Positions 58,489 through 64,000 of a stretch of DNA of 64,000 nt are shown here, piece after piece. This stretch comes from Felis catus (taxonomy: Eukaryota), in assembly GCF_018350175.1 (NCBI RefSeq), contig NC_058372.1, positions 42,098,001-42,162,000 on the forward strand, read 5' to 3'. Made by a program: the position numbers and the translations under genes. Under the pieces are notes generated by a model. The model did no database searches and had not been told where the DNA came from. It saw only the letters and a list, made by a program, of their open reading frames with translations. Position 1 is the stretch's first letter, and each line of letters starts with the position of its first letter.

Positions 58489-60339
58489 AAGACAGACAGA
58501 GAGAGACAGAGAGAGACAGAGACAGAGAAGGAGGCAAGGGGCAGCATAGGAAAGGTATCTTTGTATTTGTGAAATCCTTATGCAAATCAAATGCAAGTTC
58601 ACAAACAGATTGTGTCCAGATCTGCGGAATAACCAGCTGGTGCATTTGACTAATAGCCCCTCAGAGGGTGTGGCTGGGAGGGGATGCTGCTTAGAGGTGC
58701 CAGATGACTTTGCATTTCTGGCTTTGCCAGTGACTTGCTGTGTGACCTTGGCCAACATACTTAACCTGAGTTTCTGTTTCCTTATCTGTAAAACAGGATA
58801 ATGATATTTTCCTTATGCAGGCGGTTGTGGAGATTCCTCTGAGATAATATTTGAAAAGAGTACTTGGGGGGGGTTGGCATGTGGAGGATGAAGACACTAT
58901 GGAGGGGGAGGGTCTTAGGCAGGGGACACAGGGGAACCCTGCCTCTGGAGTGCCGACCTGAGACGGTATCCTTGGATAAGGTCCTTCCCTATCTCCAGGA
59001 GAGAGGCAGTGGTGGTGTTTGGGGCTGGAAAGGATGGAGGGGCCTGGCAGACAAGGAGAAAAGAGACAACAGGCCAGCCCTGCTCTCCTGCCAGCTCCAC
59101 GTCTGGGTTCCTGGGGCTCCCTCCAAAAGTTCCCTCCGGAGTTCTGGCCTAAAACATTCCGTATTCCCTTTGGTCCCAGATGCAATCCCAAGACACCCTG
59201 CGGGTCAGGCCCAAGAAAGCAGGATCCAGCTGGGCAGGGGGAGCCCGGGTTTCTGGCCGGTGTTGCCCCGGAGCCGACTCTCTAGGTATTTCTCACGACA
59301 CTGCCAGCCTCACCACCCAGGTAGGCTGTTCCCTCTCCTTCCTCCTGGGAGGCCACATGTGGGGAAACCCCACCTGGGGCCGGGCTGGCGCTGGTTTCAC
59401 TGCCTGGTGCCTCACTGTCTGAGGCCCTGACATTTCTTCCTGAGTCTGGTCCTCATCTTTCTTGCTGCTGTTTGGAGCCTGCAGCCACCTCTGGGCGTGA
59501 CACTGTAGGACCCACCCCAGGGTGGGTTCCAGCGCCCTGAGCCACCTCTTCAGAAGTGTGGGGGGCCAGGCCCCGGTGCCGGGCTGAGACCGGGTCGAGC
59601 AACGTTCCCTGTTGACTCAAGCCAACCCGGTGGTTCCCCCTCCCATTCCCCCACTTTCAAGGGCATACGAAAGCCTTGTCAAGGTTGAGAAAGTTAATTC
59701 CTGAAGACTGTGGTCTGCAGGTGTTGGCAGTAATGCTACCTCCCTTTTTCTACCCCGAATCAGATAGAAACAAACATGGGAATTGTGTTTTGCTAGCAAT
59801 CTTATCAACAAGGTCTTGTGACCCATCTAGAAAATGCACAAGAAACACAGAACTAAATGTTTTGGTGGGCAGCAATTATGTGAAACCTGTTTATTCTTAG
59901 AATGACCTAACCCATAAGAGTCTGGTTATAAAAGATTGTGTACAGCCACAATAAAGTCGTCACTTGGGCCATCAGCCCAGGGGACCCTCCTGTTCCCAAA
60001 CTTTCTCTTCTCTCTTTTTTTCTTGCATTCCCCTACCCTCAGGACCCTGACCTCGGTGTTTGTCGCGCCAGCCGCGACACAGAAGGAAGAGGCAAAGCAT
60101 CCTTCCATGTGCCCCAGGTACAGGGCTGGTATCAAAAAGACCCCCTTTTGTCCTGTGATGTTTCATAGAAACCTCCAAACCACCAGGGCTGGTGTCATTT
60201 GTAAGGCAAATGTTGAAGCCATTAACCTCATACAATAAGGTAGGAGTTGATCGTATTCACTTAATTGATTTTTGAAAAAGTAGATATTACAAAAATATTT
60301 GGGGGAAGCAAATGATGACTAGACACAGAGGATTCTTTC

Positions 60340-60720
60340 TTCTTTTTTTTTTTTTTTAGAGAGAGGAAGTGCACAAGCGGGGGAGAGGGGCAGAGGGAGA
60401 GGGAGAGAGAGAGAGAATCTTGAGCTCCATGCTTAGCATGAGGCTCAACCCTACGACCCTGGGATCATGACCTGAGCCAAAATAGGAGTCAGATGCTCAA
60501 CTCACTGAGCCACCCAGGCGCCCCTTTTCTTATTGAAGAAGTTTTCGTTTCAATTCCGGTTAATTAACACACAGTGTAATATTAGCTTCAGGTACCCGCT
60601 GTGGCGATGGGACACTTCCATACCACACCCTGTGCTCATCACAGCCAGTGCACGCCTGGCTCCCCATCGCCTGTGGAAACCATCCACCTCCCCTCTGGTA
60701 ACCATCCTATATTAGCGAAC
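60340..60720 (-). mobile_element. CanSINE (60340-60524) followed by a carnivore L1 3'-end fragment
   Basis: Reverse SINE head ggcgcccc at 60524, then acacagtgtaatattagcttcaggtac...gtgctcatcaca...cctcccctctggtaaccatc, typical of L1_Carn 3' UTR antisense. Confidence 0.7.
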
Positions 60721-63598
60721 TGGAATTTAGATACAAACTTAAAAAAAAAAAAAAAAAAAGCAGGGATCCTCCCCGGCAGGCGGTACACCTGACCCCTGCC
60801 TGCCCTTCTCCCCCCACTGTGAGGCCGCCTCTCTCTCGGCTCCCCTCCCGCCTCTCCAATCATTCTCGAGGTGCCATTGCAGACTCCCCTCACTCTTACC
60901 CACCTCCCTGCGACCCTGCGTGGCTCCTATGGATGGTTGCAACTCTTACCTTTCCTCTGAGTTCCAGACTCAGGCCCACCAGCTGCCTCTCACCTCCCTC
61001 CAACTGAGTCTGCACCCAGAGAACTCAGAGCCTCCCCCAAGCCTCTCCTTCCCCTGGCTCCCTGCCTGGCCAGGGGCGCCGCCCCTCCATGTCTGGTTAC
61101 TGTTGGCGCCCTCCAGTTCTACCTCCCACCCCCGCGGCCCTCCCCTCCCTGAATGCTGTTGCTTTAGCTCGGGGCCTCCCTGCCGGCCTGGATCCCGGTG
61201 GTAACAGCCCAGCACCTGGGGACGGCAGCCAGCGCGGTCCTCACCACTAGCCTTCCCACAGCTGCCACCGCCACTCGCTGGCCACTGCCCACTGGCCACA
61301 GCCCGGCTTCCTCAGCTCAGTGGAGAAGGCCCTCCGTGACCAGATATGTTGTTGGAAATAAGCTCGCTTTGCATCTGGAGCTCTGCAGGCTAGTTCACGC
61401 TGCCCAGCCTTTGCTCCAGCGGTTCTCTCTCTGCCTGGAACGCCCTTCCCACTGTCTCAGCCTGGGGAACGGAGCGTCCTTGATCTTTCAAGCCTCAGTT
61501 TCCCTACCACTTCCTTTCTGAAGCCTTCCATCCTTTCTGGTCCCCACCCCCCAAGTACCCTCTCCCTCTATCAGACCTTGTGCTGGTGTCACTTCAGTGG
61601 CCTGATTGATCACCCTCTCCCCACACCCACGCTAGACTGTGAGCTCCTTAAGGGGCAGGGACTGTTCTGGACTCCTTTTTCTCCCTAATGCCTGGCCCGT
61701 GGTGGGTCTGCTCTACAGGCGGTAGCTGGTGTTCTGAGCTGCCCCACCCCCTTCTGAGAACAGATCCTGGCCAATAGGAGTGCCCCATATTGGCCAGGGT
61801 GATTGGCTCAGGGGTGGCCACCTGATGCAAGCCAATCAGAGTCCTTCTTGGGATTTGTTGGAGCAGCGGAGGTAGACCAAGGACGCATGTCCTTGAAGGC
61901 TACTGATCCCCCGCTGCTGGAGGCTATTCGCCTTAGCGTGGAAACCCGCCTGCTGCAGGAGGGGATGAAGCCTGGGAGAGACCAGCAGGAATGAGAGATG
62001 GACAGAGCACCCGGTACCTTCAGTCCCCAGTCTGAGGCCCCGAGGCCCCCAGAACTGCACTTCCTCTGGTTCTGAGACCTCTTTGGCAGCCTTTCTAACA
62101 GGTCCCTTTTGCTAAAGCTGAGTTCGGTTTCTGCCCCTTTGTGACCAAAGGGTCCCAACCATTTGGGTCGGCTCACAATTTGGTGAATGAAATGGAAAGA
62201 AATCCTAAATCAGGAGATGAAATGGTTCGATGGGGTGTCTGAGAATCAGGGCCAGAGGCCCCGGGTTTATTATACACAGGGCTCAGCATCTAACTCCTGG
62301 GGCCTCTTCCTATCCTGACCACCCCTGGCCTCCAGCCTCACCTCTCATCTCTCCAGGCATCAGCAACTTGACCTACTTATCAATCCCCCACATCTCAATG
62401 TGAACGGGTTTCAGATCCAAAATGCCAAGTTAGGAAGGTGGGCAAGGAGGGCACACCACTGAGTGGGGGAAGGTGGGGAGGGGCCCACAGGAGAGTAAGT
62501 CAGGGGACCTGAGGCAAGTCTACCTACCTCACTGGGTGACCTTAGTCTGGCCTAGGCATCACCAGTCTGCAGCTGCGGGTATCTTTCCTGGAAGCCCGGG
62601 GGGTGGATAGACACCCATTAGCTAGGGGCCCAGGGCTATCCTGACAGCTCCCAAGGGCCCAAGAAGGGCAGCCCCAGAAGTGGCAGTCACTTTCCTTTCT
62701 GGAGCTTTGTCCCCCTCGGGAACCTTCGGGGCAAACAGAGAATCCCAGAGTTTGAAGACTGGAAGCATGTTTAAGAGTCTGATCCTTCTCCGGGGCAAGA
62801 ATCTTTTCTGACATTCCAGAGAGAAGGTTGGGGCGAGGGGGTGATCACCTCTTGTGCCACCACCTGGTGTCCCTATCTAAGGCACACCTTATGCTCGGCT
62901 GGGGAAAGTGGGAACATGTCCAGTGACCTTTCATCTCCTGGCACCTGTCTCACAGGCCTGTTGGGCTGTTTTGCCAGCATCACCCTAACCCAACACAGAA
63001 CCACAGTCCCTGCAGAAAGGCCAATCCTCTTCCAACCACGTCCCCGTCCTGTGTCCTTACTATCAGGGTCCAGGGTCCCGAAATCCCATTCAGGCCAGAA
63101 TCAGAGGGTTAGGTGTTAGGGCCCACCCTCTATGCGCCCAGGCACAAGCAACATAAAGGGACAACATGCTCCAGCTTATCCTCATTTTTTGATGGCTTGC
63201 GCCTGGTGGTCAATGTTCTGGGAACTATATCCTTGCCTACACACAGCTATGGTTTATTGAGTTTGGGCCTCTCAAAGCTCTCCCAGCAGGAAGCAGCTGG
63301 CGAAGGACTCGGGCATGACGTTACCTTAGGGCCAGTCTCCACTCTGCCCCCCAGGATCTGTGAGACCTTGGGCAAGTCATTTCACCCCGCTAAGCCCCCT
63401 ATTTCTTTATCTGTAAAATGGGGATGGTAATTAATGGGATCCACTTCCTAGGATTATCCAGAAGATTAAGGGAGCTAATGTGGGTGAGACATTTCATGTC
63501 ATGCTGGGCCCAGAGCCAGCATTCAAAATACGTGTTAGATATTGTGATGAAGATGTTGCATGCCTTGCCTACGTATGTTTATTAGGTCTTTAAATTTA

Positions 63599-64000
63599 GG
63601 GGCGCCTGGGTGACTCAGTTGGTTAAACGTTCGACTTTTGGCTTAGGCTCAGGTCATGATCTCACGGTTCGTGAGATGGAGCCCCACGTCGGGCTCTGTG
63701 CTGACAGTGCAGCCCCGATTATCTCTCTCTCCCTCTCTCTCTGCCCCTCCCTTGCTCATGCTCTCTCTCTCTCAAAATAAATGAACGTAAAAAGCAAATC
63801 TTCAAATTTACTATTGAGGATTATTATTGTTTTTTTCAACATTTATTTATTTTTGGGACAGAGAGAGACAGAGCATGAACGGGGGAGGGGCAGAGAGAGA
63901 GGGGGACACAGAATCGGAAACAGGCTCCAGGCTCTGAGCCATCAGCCCAGAGCCCGACGCGGGGCTCGAACTCACGGACCGCGAGATCGTGACCTGGCTG
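63599..64000. mobile_element. Two CanSINEs: + strand 63599-63790 and a young SINEC_Fc-type on - strand 63830-64000 (runs off the window)
   Basis: Head and tail motifs; the second copy is near-identical to those at 10491-10704 and 37544-37772. Confidence 0.88.

Noticed and set aside
56200-64000. ORFs of 100-208 aa upstream of the TCTE1 CDS; possible AARS2 3' exons
   Set aside because: They derive from microsatellites, SINEs or random sequence; no tRNA-synthetase motifs were seen. The region is consistent with TCTE1 intron 1.

Overview
Mammalian (felid, judging from young feline-type CanSINEs) genomic DNA syntenic with human 6p21.1. Gene order: SLC29A1 (+, first coding exon lies before the window), HSP90AB1 (+, complete, 724 aa), SLC35B2 (-, complete, 432 aa), NFKBIE (-, complete, 362 aa), TMEM151B (+, 563 aa with two N-gaps inside exons) and TCTE1/DRC5 (-, complete CDS, 501 aa). 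All exons were placed on GT-AG boundaries with frame continuity. The rest is CanSINE/MIR/L1/L2/MER/MLT repeats, microsatellites and CpG islands. I found no convincing new protein-coding system; most short ORFs in the track are noise. The points worth follow-up are regulatory: an orphan GC-box promoter-like island, a bidirectional poly(A) element between HSP90AB1 and SLC35B2, overlapping TMEM151B/TCTE1 3' ends, an unexplained 18-bp duplication inside NFKBIE, a 75-codon overlapping uORF in TMEM151B, tandem CLEAR/GASE boxes in SLC35B2, and loss of the human NFKBIE long-isoform start. Comparisons with human or mouse come from recalled sequences, not from database searches.
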